From Amphiscolops sp. MND2022 (Eukaryota), in contig OZ076409.1 in assembly GCA_964187785.1 (NCBI GenBank), forward strand, positions 48,734,001 to 48,798,000: a DNA stretch of 64,000 bases. Reading direction: 5' to 3'. The number at the start of each line of letters is the position of its first letter. The first letter of the stretch is position 1. Below, in pieces: positions 44,316 to 58,900 of this stretch. The notes beneath the pieces are model-generated. The model saw only the letters and a program-made list of their open reading frames with translations. It made no database searches and was not told the DNA's origin. Made by a program: the position numbers and the translations under genes.

Positions 44316-44757
44316 CAGGGGTGGTAAAGATTGCATTGCAATACTATTGCAATACTAATAAAACAATCTTTTGTTATCATAATTCTGAATGATTCTGAAT
44401 TTTGTTGAAACAATAATTGCTTTTATTGTGTCTATGAAAAAGATTGTTTGAAAAACCAATCAAATCAATTTGTTGATCAAATTAACATCCGAAAATTGTT
44501 CGTTGATCATTAGAAATGATTGGCATTCGAGATGCATGGGCAGCATTTTTTTTGCGATTTTGATATACAAAGTATTTATTAGTTTGACTGAAAAGTCCGC
44601 CAAATTGGAAGTAGTTGGTACCCAACTCATGTCTCCGAATTCTTTCCTTATTGTGAAAAATCAACAATGTATTGTATTTGATAACGTTCTCAAAATAATT
44701 ATTGTATACAATTTTATTGCAATTATTGTGACCTAGAATTATTTTTCAACACCCCTG
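44316..44757. mobile_element. hAT-type MITE
   Basis: TIR CAGGGGTG; perfect 8-bp TSD CCGTCAAC at 44308-44315 and 44758-44765. Confidence 0.88.
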
Positions 44758-47713
44758 CCGTCAACAACCGGTATTTTTTGTTCATAGCAAATTCAGCAAA
44801 ACATTCAGCAAATTATTACGGCAAAGTCCAATTACCTCATAGTCTAGTTAAAATTTTTATTTCAACTAATAACTTCATGGTAAAAAAGTGTTGTTGACCA
44901 TTATTAAATTATTAGGAACTATTCATTCAATAAGTTAATGTGTACAATTTACCTTCGATTTATAGTGCATTCAAAGTTTGTACAGCTTTGATCGTTTGTA
45001 AGTTTGTAACGTTCTGAATTGTATCAACTGTGTTTTGGACAATTACTGTCGGAAATGTCGAGTAGTTGTTCCCAAAAAAAGAGGGACATCTACCGTCGGA
45101 AATATCGGGTGGTTGTTTCCATAAAAATTTATCAAATACCGTCAAAATCAATCATTGATGGCCGCCGGAAATCATCGGGTCATCGGAAGGGAGTTTCCAA
45201 TTAACTTCGCCTTTGTGCTCCCTTGCATCGTATGTTTTCTCTTCCAGTACAAGCCGAGTATGAATAACAGAAGCAAAAGCCTCTTTGTCAAAGTTAAACT
45301 AATGTAAACTAGAAGAAAATTTAAGAATAGTTTCCTTCTGACAATTTTACAAATTTTCAATGGATTCCGAAAAAATCAAGCCTGAAAAAGCTCGGGGGAG
45401 GTTTTCCTAATCACAGTACTAGAGCTCTCAACCAATGAAAAGAACATGTGGGCCTCAATTAGCCAATGATATTTATTCGTTCGTTCCGCCGGCGGCTGCT
45501 GTTTTTCAAAAGTTGATAAAAACACTTGAAGTTGACTCAAGTTTGTTATGTTTGCTATAGACCAAGACTCAAGTTATTTCAATTATTCTTGACTCAGCAG
45601 CTCGGAGAAGCAACATAAATACAGGTACCTTTTGATCCCCGTCGTGAGCAAATATAAAACAGAGTTGCTAAACCATATTTTAAGTTAAGTACCAGCTCTG
45701 AGAATCTGTCCCTGTTGTCAACTACAGTATCCTTCTTTTCTTACGATGTGTTTTCAGAAAGAAAACAACTTTCATTGAATATTGTATTTTGAATATAAAA
45801 ATAGCACCAGTTTTATAATGGAATTTATGAACATTATAAAATCACAAAAAAAATTGAAAATAAAAAATTTATCTCTTGTAGAGCAAATAAATAATGAGTT
45901 TTGAAACTTTAAAGTTTCAAAAATAGTGGAAAAGTCGTTGAAATCATTTCAACGAAACTTTGAGTCCCTCGAAGTTCAGGTTCAGACATTATGAAGTTCA
46001 GGTACCCCAGGTTCAGTCATTATTTTAGCCTGAGCAGGCATCCTTGTTTCCTGCAGAGTGGGCACTTCACCCAAAGGGCACGATCAGTGCTTTCCCTGTG
46101 AATCACAGTGATCAAAATTTTCGAACGATATCTAGAATGAGTTTGTTTTGTAACCACGTGTGTACCAAAAATTTCAGGAATACAAAAATGTAAAGGACAC
46201 GCCTCAGAAAATTGATCAGTGAAAATTATCAGAAAGGAAAAGTGAAAACAGCTTCAATAACAATTTTTCAAAGAAAAGTTTTGTGAAACTTACCTCTCAA
46301 GCACTTTGATCCATGCTTGACGGCACTGATTGCATATCGCGTGTTTATCATGGAGAATCCAAATACGCGAAAAGATCTTCTCTCCACAGACAGCGCAAAG
46401 CATTTCCAGTTGGTTAATGTGTTTCAGGTGGTCAATAAGTACAATGATTTTTAAAAAGATATATCAGTCTGGTCACACGGTTGTTTGGAGATCGAATGGC
46501 CAACAATCGGCCCGGGACATATAGAACACATCGTACGAAAGATTTGAACTTTATTTTGTCAGTATCTTGTTTCTATGTACGAACAACTTGCTTTGTTTCA
46601 TGACTTGACAACTTGCAAGTCCTTTTAATCCTTTCACTAAGTAACCACCTAGTTAATTTATAACCTCTGTACCTGTAACAAATAACCGTCTCCACTTATT
46701 ATTTGGTTTAGTAAACCAACGCGGTACTGCGGTAGTGCCACTTTCATTCATTTCAAAATAAGATGATAGTCAAGATGATTCTTTCACATCAGTTATTATG
46801 TCGATATAATTGTATTTGTACTTTGCGACCCTGTAGTACCACCTACTAGTGTTAGTCAGAATTTTAAGTGTTTTTTCATGAAGTAAAATACTTTGTTCAC
46901 ATGAAAAGTTTCAATGGTTTCAAAAAATGAAATAATCAATACTTTACAGAATTGAATGACGTACATATGTATGTTTACAAAGTTTAGGAATTAACAAATT
47001 TCATTTATTTATTTTTACTAAAAAATAAATAACGTACATATGTCATTTTGATCCCTGTCGTGAGCAACATCAGTTACTGCTCACCACTACTAAAAAAACC
47101 ACTAAAAAAACCACTACTAAAAAAATTAATAACGTACATATGTGGTTTTGATCCCTGTCGTGAGCAACATCAAGTTGTAACAAATAGTCTATACGAATCT
47201 AAAACTCTGTTTGAGTCTAAAACTCTCTATCAATTTGAAAATCTGAAATGTCTATTACCAAATCTCCAAGTACTTAAACGATTATTTAACTACCACTGCA
47301 GTAAATTTAGAATTGAGGCGTGTTTAATAAGGACAACTGCCAGTGAAGGTGCCACAGTGAAGGTTTGTCGAAAACTGCTGAGAAGTTCTTACACGATTAA
47401 TTAATTACCACTGCAGAAAAGGGTAGATTTGAGACATTTTAATTATGACTATTCAAATTTTGTCGATAACCGCAGCAAAGTCGTTACACGATTAACTAAT
47501 TACAATTACGAATTGAGGCTTTCTAATAATGACTTCTGAATTTCTGTCGAAAAAAGTCGATTCATTCAAACCTTTTGCATCATACTGTCAACTTGCTTTC
47601 AATTCTATTAATATTGTCAACCTTCTTCTTTCGCAATCATCAACTTCTGTTAATCTTAATTTCATAATCAGTCAATCAGATACTTCTTTCTCTCGCAATC
47701 ATCAATATCTATC

Positions 47714-48136
47714 ATGTTCGATCCCGCAGCAATGCCAATCAGGTCGTGTATTCGTCCGATAGATGAACTGATCTCGAACTGTGGACCACCACACAGAAAA
47801 AACGTGCGTTTTGCGGACTCAACCACCGTGGTGACCAATCAACTTGAAACATCTCCGACACATCCGAGAGCTTGGAGGATCAAAAGAAGCGCACCCATTC
47901 CTGACAACCCACTCCCAACAACTCCACCCACTCTAATCTCTGGGATCAAAAAAGCAGTAGTTCCGGGAACAACAGTGAGGTTCTCTTTCATAGAAAGAGC
48001 TTTATCACCGAATGGAGAAGTATCAGAGTCCGTCATTTCTTTCAATGACTCGGAAACCAATCATTGTGATGAATACTGGAAACCTGGGGCTCTCGACGAC
48101 AAGCCGTATATAATGAACTGCCGAACAACAAGATAG
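47714..48136 (+). CDS. Orphan ORF (140 aa, Pro/Thr-rich)
   Basis: ATG-initiated and GC-richer than its flanks; no family recognised. Confidence 0.35.
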   Translation: MFDPAAMPIRSCIRPIDELISNCGPPHRKNVRFADSTTVVTNQLETSPTHPRAWRIKRSAPIPDNPLPTTPPTLISGIKKAVVPGTTVRFSFIERALSPNGEVSESVISFNDSETNHCDEYWKPGALDDKPYIMNCRTTR

Positions 48137-48875
48137 AATTTAAAGTTACTATTCTGCTCTTCTAGTACAGTTGTCACAACTGTACTAGAAGAGCAGAATA
48201 GTACAATAGTGTAAGAAATAAACTGAACCTTTTTTTGTAAGAAAAGAATTGGACCAAAACAAAACTTGCTCTGATTTTTGCTACCATCCAAGTTATTTAA
48301 AAATAAATTAAACAAACATTCTAGAGTTTTGTTGGGCACTTGAAATGTAGGTTTGCAAATAATGAAAAAACTTCCTAATTTAATTTTTCATTGATTGTTT
48401 TTACTACTGAATTGGCATATGGGTCATCAGTTTGGACAATTTTGTAACATTGGCACATAATTTGGAACTTTTGTTTGTTTGGCAGGTACTTCTCCATTTG
48501 CTGAAGCCATTCAACTATTTTACATCAAGATAATTGGTATTATATAGTTTTGGAAAGGGGTTTTCTATTATTTAGTTTCATTAACAATCTTAATACGTGG
48601 GACACAGCTATTTTTCGCAAAGATTGGGGATTATGTTTTCGGTTATAGACTTTTAACCGATAAAATTAATATCAAGAGAATCTGCTAATTAAGGTGATTA
48701 TACCCATTATCTTAGACATTCAATTTGTCCTTCCAGTCCCTTAACATCATGGGTAAAATAGAGAATGAACGAAATTCCCATGTAAAATGCTAGCTCTGTT
48801 TACATGCAGTCCAAATTATTTCTTACAAATAAGGGTTCAGTTCTTTTCTTACACTATTGTAACTTTAAATGTAAC

Positions 48876-49528
48876 CAGGGCTACCGAAAAATTAATGTAA
48901 TAAATGTTTCTGTAATAAATAAATGTAATAAATGTTAATAATAAATAATTTATTTCTAGTATATTTCCATCCAGATAATTTATTTCTGTCATTCGAAAAA
49001 TACCATAATTTATTTCGGAATTTTCCATTATTTTAGAAATAAAATGAAGCTACAAAGCAAATAAAGGCAGACGCTACCACCAAGGCAGCTTGCCGTATGT
49101 AGGCTATTGTAAATTTTATTTCATTTTTATTCCATCAATTTCTAACATATGCGAACGGCTCTTTAGCCGTGCAAAACTGCCCCAGGGATACTTGAGACAT
49201 CAAAATATAGCATCAAAACATAGAGATATCAAAACAAAAATGAGCAAGCTTCAAGGTGCATTGTGGTCAAGCTATGATAGCTTGACCCCAATGCACCTTG
49301 AAGCTTGCTTATTTTTGTTTATTAACAAATCTTTGTGGAATGTAAATGTTATTAATGAAGTTATAAATATGGCTGACAATTGAAATTATTTCATATAATT
49401 TAAAATTATGGCCATAATTTATTTTTTTGCTGAGAAAATATAGTTATTTATGGGCAATAAATCTAAAATAAATCTATAAATATAATAAAAATAATGAAAA
49501 AAACTAAAATAAATTTTCGGTAGCCCTG
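48876..49528 (+). mobile_element. Non-autonomous hAT element with a transposase dimerisation-domain remnant
   Basis: TIR CAGGGCTACCGAAAA; 8-bp TSD AATGTAAC; peptide PSISNICERLFSRAK..LTPMHLEACLFLFIN. Confidence 0.9.
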
Positions 49529-49554
49529 AATGTAACATTGGTTCTAAAATCTGA

Positions 49555-50400
49555 ATGTGGACGAAACAGTTTGGCTTCAGTATCTCAGTATCGGATGCGA
49601 ATTTTACCTCCGGTGTAAAATTCGCATCCGATACTGAGATACTGAAGCCAAACTGTTTCGTCCAATCAGATTTTAGAACGAACCAACGAGTCGTCATCTG
49701 GAAGGACAAATTTGATGATCAACTTGCAAAGCGAACAAAAGCTCGGTCGTCTCGTTACGAACTTCTAGACCTATTACACAGTCTGAAATCCAACCTGTCA
49801 AACTTGAAAGCGAATGGTCATTGTGTGAACAACTTCTTGACTCAAGGACGACCTTCGGTGGACGAAATTGAAGATCTTTCCTACCCATTTGAAGAATGGA
49901 TGGAGGAAATTGACCCCTTGGTTTCGGCTCAGTTTAATGCCCAAAACTTCGCAACCCTCAGTGAGGAGGATTTGAAGCAAGAACAAAACAAATGCCTGGA
50001 ACTTCAAGAAGGGGTTCAAGCTCAGAGAATCTCAATTGGCAAGTTACAGAAGAATATGTTGATGATTGAGGCCTTGTATTAAACCATTCAAAACTCACAG
50101 ATTCAGAACAGCACACAAGATAACGAATCAGTGGCTAGTTTGAGCGACCGCGTGATCGGAATCATGAACAGATACAACGCCATTTCTTCCAACGTGGAGG
50201 AAAGAGCGCAACAACTGTATTTCGACATAGAGGAGTCCTTACAGGTATTGAGATTGTGATTGTTATGTATCCGAAGAAACTGAAAGAACAGCTGAAGAAT
50301 CTATCGCAAGTTAGAACAAATCTGGAGGACACCGGTGCCGAAATTGACAAGATCAAAGCCAACGCTGAGCAAATGTTGAAGAGTAATCCTCACAATCGAA
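49555..50400 (+). CDS. Orphan coiled-coil-like ORF(s); 5' part scrambled by a palindrome
   Basis: ORFs 49555-50082 and 50256-50465 are rich in L/E/K/Q. Confidence 0.35.
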
Positions 50401-50516
50401 TTTATTATTTCAGAACAATATATTGTCAATTCATGATATTATTCATTTATTCAATAAAAAATTAATTGATATTTATTGATCTTATTCAATAAAAAATTAA
50501 TAACGTACATATGTGG

Positions 50517-50741
50517 TTTTGATCCCTGTCGTGAGCAACATCAAGAAAAGTTGTAACAAATAGTCTATACGAAGTTGAAACTTTATCAAACCGAAAACAG
50601 TAGTTTCTGGAATACCGATCTTGAATTATTGAACTAAAAACGAAGTTTGGACCATGTGCCTTATTCTCCCTCAGATAAATACTGTTTCTTATCCAACAAC
50701 ACATCCCCATCCAAGTCTTCCCAAACAAATGAAAGTAGGTC
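50517..50741 (+). repeat. ~226-bp direct repeat, copy 2
   Basis: Matches 17691-17917. Confidence 0.93.
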
Positions 50742-51172
50742 TCATAATGAAGGGGCGATTGCTTCATTGAGCTTGGTAATTTTGGTCCCTGTCGTGAGCA
50801 CTTCCTGTAGTCAGATTTACTGTTTATGCGATTTGATACTGTGTATGCGAATCAAGCACTGTAGTTATGAGTCGGCGTGTGTAGCTCACCAGTAACAACC
50901 CGTAATTACCCGAATTATGTGTAAATATGAGATGCACAGTGTAGTTAGTCAAATTGCTTAAACTAGTCATATGGTGTAAACTAGTCAAATACTGTACTGT
51001 CCAATGGTGAAACTAGTCAACGTACGAAGCTGTGTCAACTAGTGTAACGTCCTATCAATGCGCGTAATGTGTGACAAGTGTAAAACTTCCAAAAAAAATA
51101 TTCGCGCTCTGATTGGACAAAAATCGAACTAGCAGGATCCTGCTAGTTCATACCGGCATGTGTATCGTAATG

Positions 51173-52190
51173 GAAATTTTGGGTTTTTGTCATTTTCGTT
51201 GACAATTTAAGACATTTTCAAAACGTAAACTGCAATAAACTCTTCAAAAAAGCCTACTAGACAACACATTCGTTCCTTGTTGACACTATTCAACGTTCCA
51301 ATCCATAAAGTCTGTCGAAAATTTTGAAAAAAATGCATAAAATCTTTGAAATTTAGAAAATGGTTGGGTTTCTGTGATTTTCGGTGTCAATTTGAGAATT
51401 TTTCATAGAAAAACAGCAATTAGCTCTTCAGAGAAGCCTACTAGACAACGAAATGTTTCTCTTCGACCCTTTAAAACATTTCAATCCAAGAAGACTATTG
51501 AAACCTTAACAAAAAATGCATAAAAACTTTGAAAATTGGAAAACTTTGGGTTTTTTGTCATTTTCGGTGTCAATTTGAGACATTGTCACTTGAAAAACTG
51601 TAAATAACACCTCAGAAAAACCAACTGGACAGCACATTTTTTCCTTGTTGATCCTCTTCAACGTTCCAATCCATAAACTCCGTGAAAAATTTGGGGAAAA
51701 AATGCATAAAAACTTTGAAATTTGGAAAATTGTGTGATTTTTGTCATTTTCGGTGTCAATTTGAGAAATTTTCATTCAGAACATTGCAACTATCTCTTCA
51801 TTAAAGATAGTTGGACTACATTAAAGACTACATTAAAGACTACTGGACAACGAATTGTTTCTTTCTGACCCTTTAAAACATTTCAATCCAAGAAGACTGT
51901 GGATACTTTAACAAAAGTGCATACAAACTTTGAAACTTGGCTATTTTTGGGTTTTTTGTCATTTTTGGTGACAATTTAAGACATTTTCAAAACGGAAACT
52001 GCAATAAACTCTTCGGAAAAGCCTACTGGACAACACATACTTTCCTTGTTGACCCTTTTCAACGTTCCCATCCATAAAGTCCTTCGAAAATTTGGAAGAA
52101 GGAATGCTCAAAATTTTTGAAATTTGGAAAGTTGTAGAATTTTTGTCATTTTCAGTGTCAATTTGAGATTTTTTCATTCCGAAAACAGCA
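51173..52190. repeat. Diverged satellite, ~186-bp unit with alternating variants
   Basis: TTTTTGTCATTTTCGGTGTCAATTTGAGA-like block recurs at ~51183, 51370, 51552, 51738, 51953 and 52141. Confidence 0.85.
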
Positions 52191-53429
52191 CCACATTTAG
52201 GGCTAGGAAATAGTTTGCGGTCAAACAAGCCAGTTGCATACAAAACAAAAAATTTTTGAGACTATTGCTTACAAAACATTTTACATAAGTACTTTTCCAG
52301 ACTATGCAGTTTGCCCGGAAGCAAGAAGCTCCGTACGTAAACAAATGACTTGCTATTAGCCAGCTACAGGGCTAAAAACACAGGAAGCAAGCATGCTGTA
52401 CTTTAAGACTTTGTTTTACCGCTCGGTAAGCTCTGTCTTGGGTAAACTCCTTTCGCACAGCAATTGTCACACTAATACAACAAACTGTAGGCTAAACTAA
52501 CAAAACATCAAAACTGTTAAAGCGCCGGAACATAGGAAAGTAGATGAGGTAGTGAAGTTTAATGGAGGCAATCAAGTTTCTCCATCTTAGAGTGAGCCCG
52601 GAAGCTCACTTTTCTTCAGCTGTTGGGTTGTTACGTATCGGCAACTTTCACTGCACCGCACGTGAGTAGTAGAAGTACGTGGCATTATAAGCGGGGGGGG
52701 GGGGGGGGGTTGAGTGAGTAACCAAACATGGTCATAACACTAACTCCAGAATGACGTCATGATTGCGACACAATGACGAAACCAAGTTCAAAAATACTCA
52801 CTCACGAAGAGCCGACTAGAAACCGAAACAAATATACACAACCTTGAAAAATTCGAGCCTGGAAATGTTTTTTGTTTCTGTTTCAGGCAATGAAAGGAAA
52901 TTTCCTTACCTTTGCGTGCTGGAAAGTAATAAAAAAATGGAAGGAGCAGTTTGTTAGGAATGGAAATTGCGGCCGTGATAAAAGGAAACACGATCAATAA
53001 AAGGTGCTTTCATCTACCCACAATGAAATGAATGTGCTTCTTTTTAGTTCCTTTTGATGCTAGTGACCTTTATTGATGCGTGATTTCTAAGAATAAAATT
53101 TCCCTGAAGTTACCTTCATTTGCGTAATGATAACATTCTTTATCATTCCAACCAACAACCACCAAAAATATATCTACCTTTACACAACGCCATTTTTTTT
53201 ACACCGAGTAACATGGAAATGAGTTCTGCAAACTGTGAAAATTGCTATAGAAATTGATGGAAAAGATGCTGAAATGCTGTAAAAAGGATAACTTTTCTCA
53301 GTATAGAATGCTGAAAGAGTTTTCACAGTGCTGAATAACGAAGTGTCGGACACGAAATAGGACATACTTTTTTTTACAAATGCGCAGAGTAGCCCCTGAA
53401 ATAGCTACTATTTTCTACTAAGATCTCTA

Positions 53430-55047
53430 CAGAGATCCTATAGTAATATACCGTATTTTGAAATATAGATCGAATACAAGTTCTACGCGACTGTGTTCAT
53501 TGAATCTTAGCTACTTTAGCCCTACAGTATTGTATTGTATATTGAAATATAGATCGAAGATAAGTCCTACACGACCATGTTGATCGAATCTTAGCTACTT
53601 TAGACCTATAGCACGGTACTGTATGTTGGAAGATTTTTCGAATATAAAAGCTATACGATCTTGTTAATTGAACCTTAGCTACTTTAGACCTATAGTATTG
53701 TACTGTATAATGGAAAATAGATCGAATATAAGTCGTTTACAGCTGTGTTCATCGAATCTTAGCTACCTTAGACGTATAGTATTGTACTGTATATTGACCG
53801 ATAGATCCAATAAAAGTCCTATACGCCTATGTTCAATGAATCTTAGCTACTTTAATTTTATAGTTTGGTACTGTCTATAGAAAGATAGATCGAATATAAA
53901 ACATACGACCCTGTTCATCGAATCTCAGCTACTTTAGACCTATAGTATGGTACGGTATATTGAAAGATAGATCAATTATAAGTCCTTTACAGCTGTGTTC
54001 AACGAATCTTAGCTACTTTAGACATATAGTACGGTACTGTATGTTGGAAGATTGTTCGAATGTAAAAACTATACGGTCTTGTTAATTGAATCTTAGCAAC
54101 TTTAGACCTATAGTATTGTACTGTATAATGAAAAATAGATCGAAAATAAGTCGTTTACAGCTGTCTTCATCGAATCTTAGCTACTTTAAACTTATAGTTT
54201 GGTACTGTCTATAGAAAGATAGATCGAATATAAAACATACGACCCTGTTCATCGAATCTCAGTTACTTTAGACCTATAGTATGGTACGGTATATTGGAAG
54301 ATAGATCAATTATAAGTCCTTTACAGCTGTGTTCAACAAATCGTAGCTACTTTAGACCTATAGTACGGTACTGTATGTTGGAAGATTGTTCGAATATAAA
54401 ACTATACGATCTTGTTAATTGAATCTCAGCAACTTTAGACCTATAGTATTGTACTGTATAATGAAAAATAGATCAAATATAAGTCGTTTACAGCTGTGTT
54501 CATCGAATCTTAGCTACTTTAGACGTATAGTTTTGAACTGTATTTTGTCCGATAGATCCAATAAAAGTCCTATACGCCTATGTTCAATGGATCTTAGCTA
54601 CTTTACACTTATAGTATGGAACTGTATATAAAACGATAGATCGAATATAAAACTTATACGACCCTATTCATCGAATCTCCGCTACTTTAGACCTATAGTA
54701 TGGTACGGTATATTGGAAGATAGATCAATTAAAAGTCCTTTACAGCTGTATTCAACGAATCTTAGCTACCTTAGTCCTATAGTAAGGTACTGTAATTTGA
54801 AAGATAGATCAAATATGAGTCCTATACAACTTTGTTCATTAATTAAATCTTAGCTACTTTAGACCTATATTATAGTACTGTATATCGAAAGATAGATCAA
54901 ATATGAGTCCTATACGACCGTTTTCATCGAATCGTACCTACCTTAGACGTGAAGTATTGTACTCTGTATAGAATGATAGATCCAATATAAGTCCTATACG
55001 TCTATGTTCATTGAATCTTATCTACTTCAGACTTATAGTATGGTACT
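53430..55047. repeat. 84-bp satellite array, left of the BEL insertion
   Basis: AATCTTAGCTACTTTAGACCTATAG recurs every ~84 bp (53503, 53587, 53671, 53755 and onward). Confidence 0.93.
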
Positions 55048-55966
55048 TGTAACGGCTGTTTGCCCTTATCCTGCGCTGAGGCTTGACAAGCTTTACGCCG
55101 CCCTGATCCGTTGCTTAGTGCAGTGGACCGTCACTAAACAATTGCTGGTTTTCGTGTTTTAAAGGACTGTATCTTTTGACTGGTGGGTCCGATGTGACCC
55201 GTGGAATCTCCAGCGATTCCTCTTGCACTGAATTGGATCCGATGTGATCCTGCACACACTTCCCTCACGGTATCTTCACGCGCTCCGGCTCTTCGACTAT
55301 GAGAGTAGCTACTTAGTCGCTCTGACTCCAGCGAAATGTTGTGAAGATTGAGAAGTTGATTAATTAGTCTCTTGGTCCTAAGACCCAACTTGACTATAGC
55401 TATTCAGTGGAGAAAATCTCTATCTAATAATGGTATAAATCTGGTTGACAATTTTACAGTAAATATAGAACAAATATCAGTCGAAACATGTGGTATAAAT
55501 AAATGACATTTAAAGCATAAAATGAAGTTATTGGCTATGTAAACAAAGCACATGGTGGTTTTGGCATGTTGGTCAGGTGGGTTAGAAAGTATGTTTACAC
55601 TATGTAAATATCATTAGTTTCAACAGAGTTACATTCTAATGTGGTCTTATAGGTAAATAACAAAGTTTACATTTTTGTCTCAATGACCTTGAATACTACA
55701 CATGTGAGGGGTAAAGGGGGTTATAATGGGTGGATGACCTTGAAACTTTACTGGTGTGTTTGTGTTATGTATTTGCATATGGGTGCCAAGTTTCGTGGCT
55801 CTAGGGTTAGTATTCTTGGAGAAAACCCATTTGGGGGGGTTTCCATTTTTGTCACACTTGATATTTCTTCAAAATTTCTTCTGAGTTTTTAGGAGTTTAA
55901 GTTCTTGTATCTCAACCAGCATGTTCTGAATCGAGTTTCTTTGCCTTTTGATGACTGGCGCCAACA
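55048..55966 (-). repeat. BEL 3' LTR (919 bp)
   Basis: About 20 differences from 62698-63617 by hand count (~98% identity). Confidence 0.96.
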
Positions 55967-58900
55967 TTGCCGGCCCTGTTTTTCTCCCGAAAAACACTTT
56001 CGTAGAACATGGGTGCCAGTTTCACTACTGGTCTTTTGAGTTTTCCATCTTCAGTTTTCACCAGCGCTGATCTCACTCGCCCATCGCTTCCATGATAGAC
56101 TTCTAACACTCTACCCATCTTGTAAAGTGCTCTTTTCACCTTTTCATCCACTATCCAAACCAAATCATTGACTTCAAGTTGTCTAACTTCTTCTTTATTC
56201 CATTTAGATCTCTCATTCCATTGCGGTAAATATTCTCTATTCCATCTGCTCCAAATCATGTCTGCGTATGCTTGTGATACTCTGAATACTCTTCTCAGAT
56301 CGGTATAACGCTGAGCGTCAGGAATGAACGGGGTTGCTGGACTTGCACGTCCTAGCAGGAAGTGATTTGGAGACAAAGCTTCCAAATCTTCGGGATCATC
56401 ACTGACACTAGTCAGAGGTCTCGAATTCAGAATCTGCTCGACTAGACACATTGTTGTGGATAATACATCATCTGTCAGTGTTCTGTTTCCCACAATTGCC
56501 ATCATAGCTTTCTTGCAGCTTCTAACCATTCGCTCCCAAACACCTCCAAAATGCGGAGCTCCTGGGGGGTTGAACTTCCATTTTATTTGCTTTAGAGCCA
56601 AAGACTGCTCAATATCTGATTGATTCCACGCTTCTATCCATTCTCGCATTTCTCTAGCTGCGCCCACGAAATTTGTTCCATTATCACTCAGAATGATATT
56701 CGGTTTTCCTCTTCGAGCGATGAATCTCGTAATTGCAGCGAGACATGCGTCGGCTTCCAGGCTGGGCACGACTTCAATATTCACAGCTCTTGTTGTTAAA
56801 CACGTGAACAGACAACACCATCGTTTCTTTGATTTCCTCGTGAATTCCACTTCGAATGGTCCAAAGTAGTCTACTCCAGTGTTGGCAAAACGGAAAACCC
56901 TTTCTTCCAATCTTTCTTTAGGTAGGTCTGCCATGAAAGGTTGAACTCCTCCGACTTATTGCTTTCTACACTTAACACACTTCAGCTTCACATTTCTAAG
57001 CGCGTTTCGGAGTCCAATTATCCAATAATTCTGCTGCAAAATACTGCGAACATACTCTGTTCCTTCGTGGTAGTTATTTTCATGCGCATCTTCAATCAAT
57101 TTCCTCACTATTGGATGCTTCGCAGATAGCAAAATTGGATGTTTCATTTCATAACTGGCATCAGCGTGACGCAGTCGTCCTCTTAATCGCATGAGGTTCT
57201 GCTCGTCCATAAATGGTGACAGTTTGTTTAAGTGATCAGATGCAGCCATTGGTTTACCTGCGGCCAATGCTTGATATGCTGGACCAAAACTTTCCATCTG
57301 GCTCTTCCGCAGTAACAGTTGGATCACTTGCTGCATTTCTTCTGTTATTACCACCTTTCTTTTGCTTTTTGATTTGAACCGAAGGCAATAGGCGAAGATG
57401 CGGGTCGTTCTTCTGAAAGAACCGAACTTCTCCCAATCAATGTCCTTTTCTTCTGACACGACTTCAAAGACTTGCTCTATGTCTTCTGTTTTCTGCTGAA
57501 ACAACTGTGGTGAGGTTTGTGGCCAAGCATCTTCCTTTTCTTGAAGCCATGCGGGCCCTGTGAACCACTCGCTCTTTTCTAATTCGTGGACGGATTTTCC
57601 TCTTGTTCCAATGTCGGCAGGGTTTAAGGTTCCTTCGACATGTCTCCACTGATCAATAGTTGAACTGTCAAGGATTTCGGCGACTCTATTCGCTACAAAC
57701 ACCGGTTGTTTCTTGTCAGCTCCATGCAACCATTGCAAAACGGTTGTCGAATCCGTCCAAAAGAAAGTTCGTTCAACTTGAATGTCGTGTTCGTCTACGA
57801 TCAGTTGTTTTAATCGGGTTCCATACATAGCTGCTTGTAGCTCTAGTCGGGGAATTGATTGTTGCTTCATTGGCGCTACTCGGCATTTCCCTACCACATA
57901 GGCAAGCTCTCCAGTTTGTTGATCTCGAAAGTAGGCAACCATGCACATGGCTTCCAGGGATGCATCGGCGAAAATATGCAAGTCCACTACTTCAGCATTT
58001 TTCGATAGATATTTTCTTTTGATAGCCATTTCATTCACGTGATTCAACTCCGATGCCCAATCCTTGAATGCTATCTCGTCTTCTGGAGAAACTTGTTCGT
58101 CCCACGATTGCCCATGCTTCTTCCAAATTCCTTTGAGGAACAATCTCATTCTCACTGTGAAGGGGGAAAACAATCCCAACGGGTCAAACACAGAGGATAC
58201 GTGAGATAGAACAATTCTCTGAGTGATCTTGACAGGCACCTCTTTTCCCGTACCGCGGCAAATCTCAAGACTGTCTGACTCCACATCCCACTGGAGTCCC
58301 AAGATAGAGGGTGCCAAGGGTTCAGCTTCGAATGTTTTACTTAGCGCGTCTGATCTATCTTCAGAAGGAATTTCTTCCATTACTTTCTCTGAGTTGCAGA
58401 TCCATTTCGTTAGTTGAAAGCCACGATTCGCTAAGGATTGTCGCAAGCACTTATACACTTCCACAGCTTCTTCCCTCGAAGCTACTGACTTCACAAAATC
58501 GTCCATATAGAAGTTTCTGTTGATCAACTTTGCAACCATCCCATTGTCATCTCTGCTGTCTCGTCCGACTTGTTGCAAAGCGTAGTTGACACATGTTGGC
58601 GAACTCTTAGCTCCAAAAAAGTGTCTTCCATATTCATACACAGAGATAGGGTCAGTGTGGTTTTCTCTCCACAAAAATCTCAGTACTCTGTAATCAGTAG
58701 GGGGTACTTTCACTTGGAGAAACATTGCTTCGACGTCTGCTGTCAGGGCGATTTCCTTTTCCCTGAATCTGAAGATAATTCCTATCAGCGATTGTAGGAG
58801 GTCTGGACCGGCCATTAAGTTATCATTCAGCGAAACACCTCCGAACTTTGAGGCAGCGTTGCATACGCGTCTCACTTTGTCTGGCTTGTTCGGGTTCAGC

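Noticed and set aside
51506..54631. Short ORFs in the satellite region
   Set aside because: Translations of AT-rich tandem repeats.
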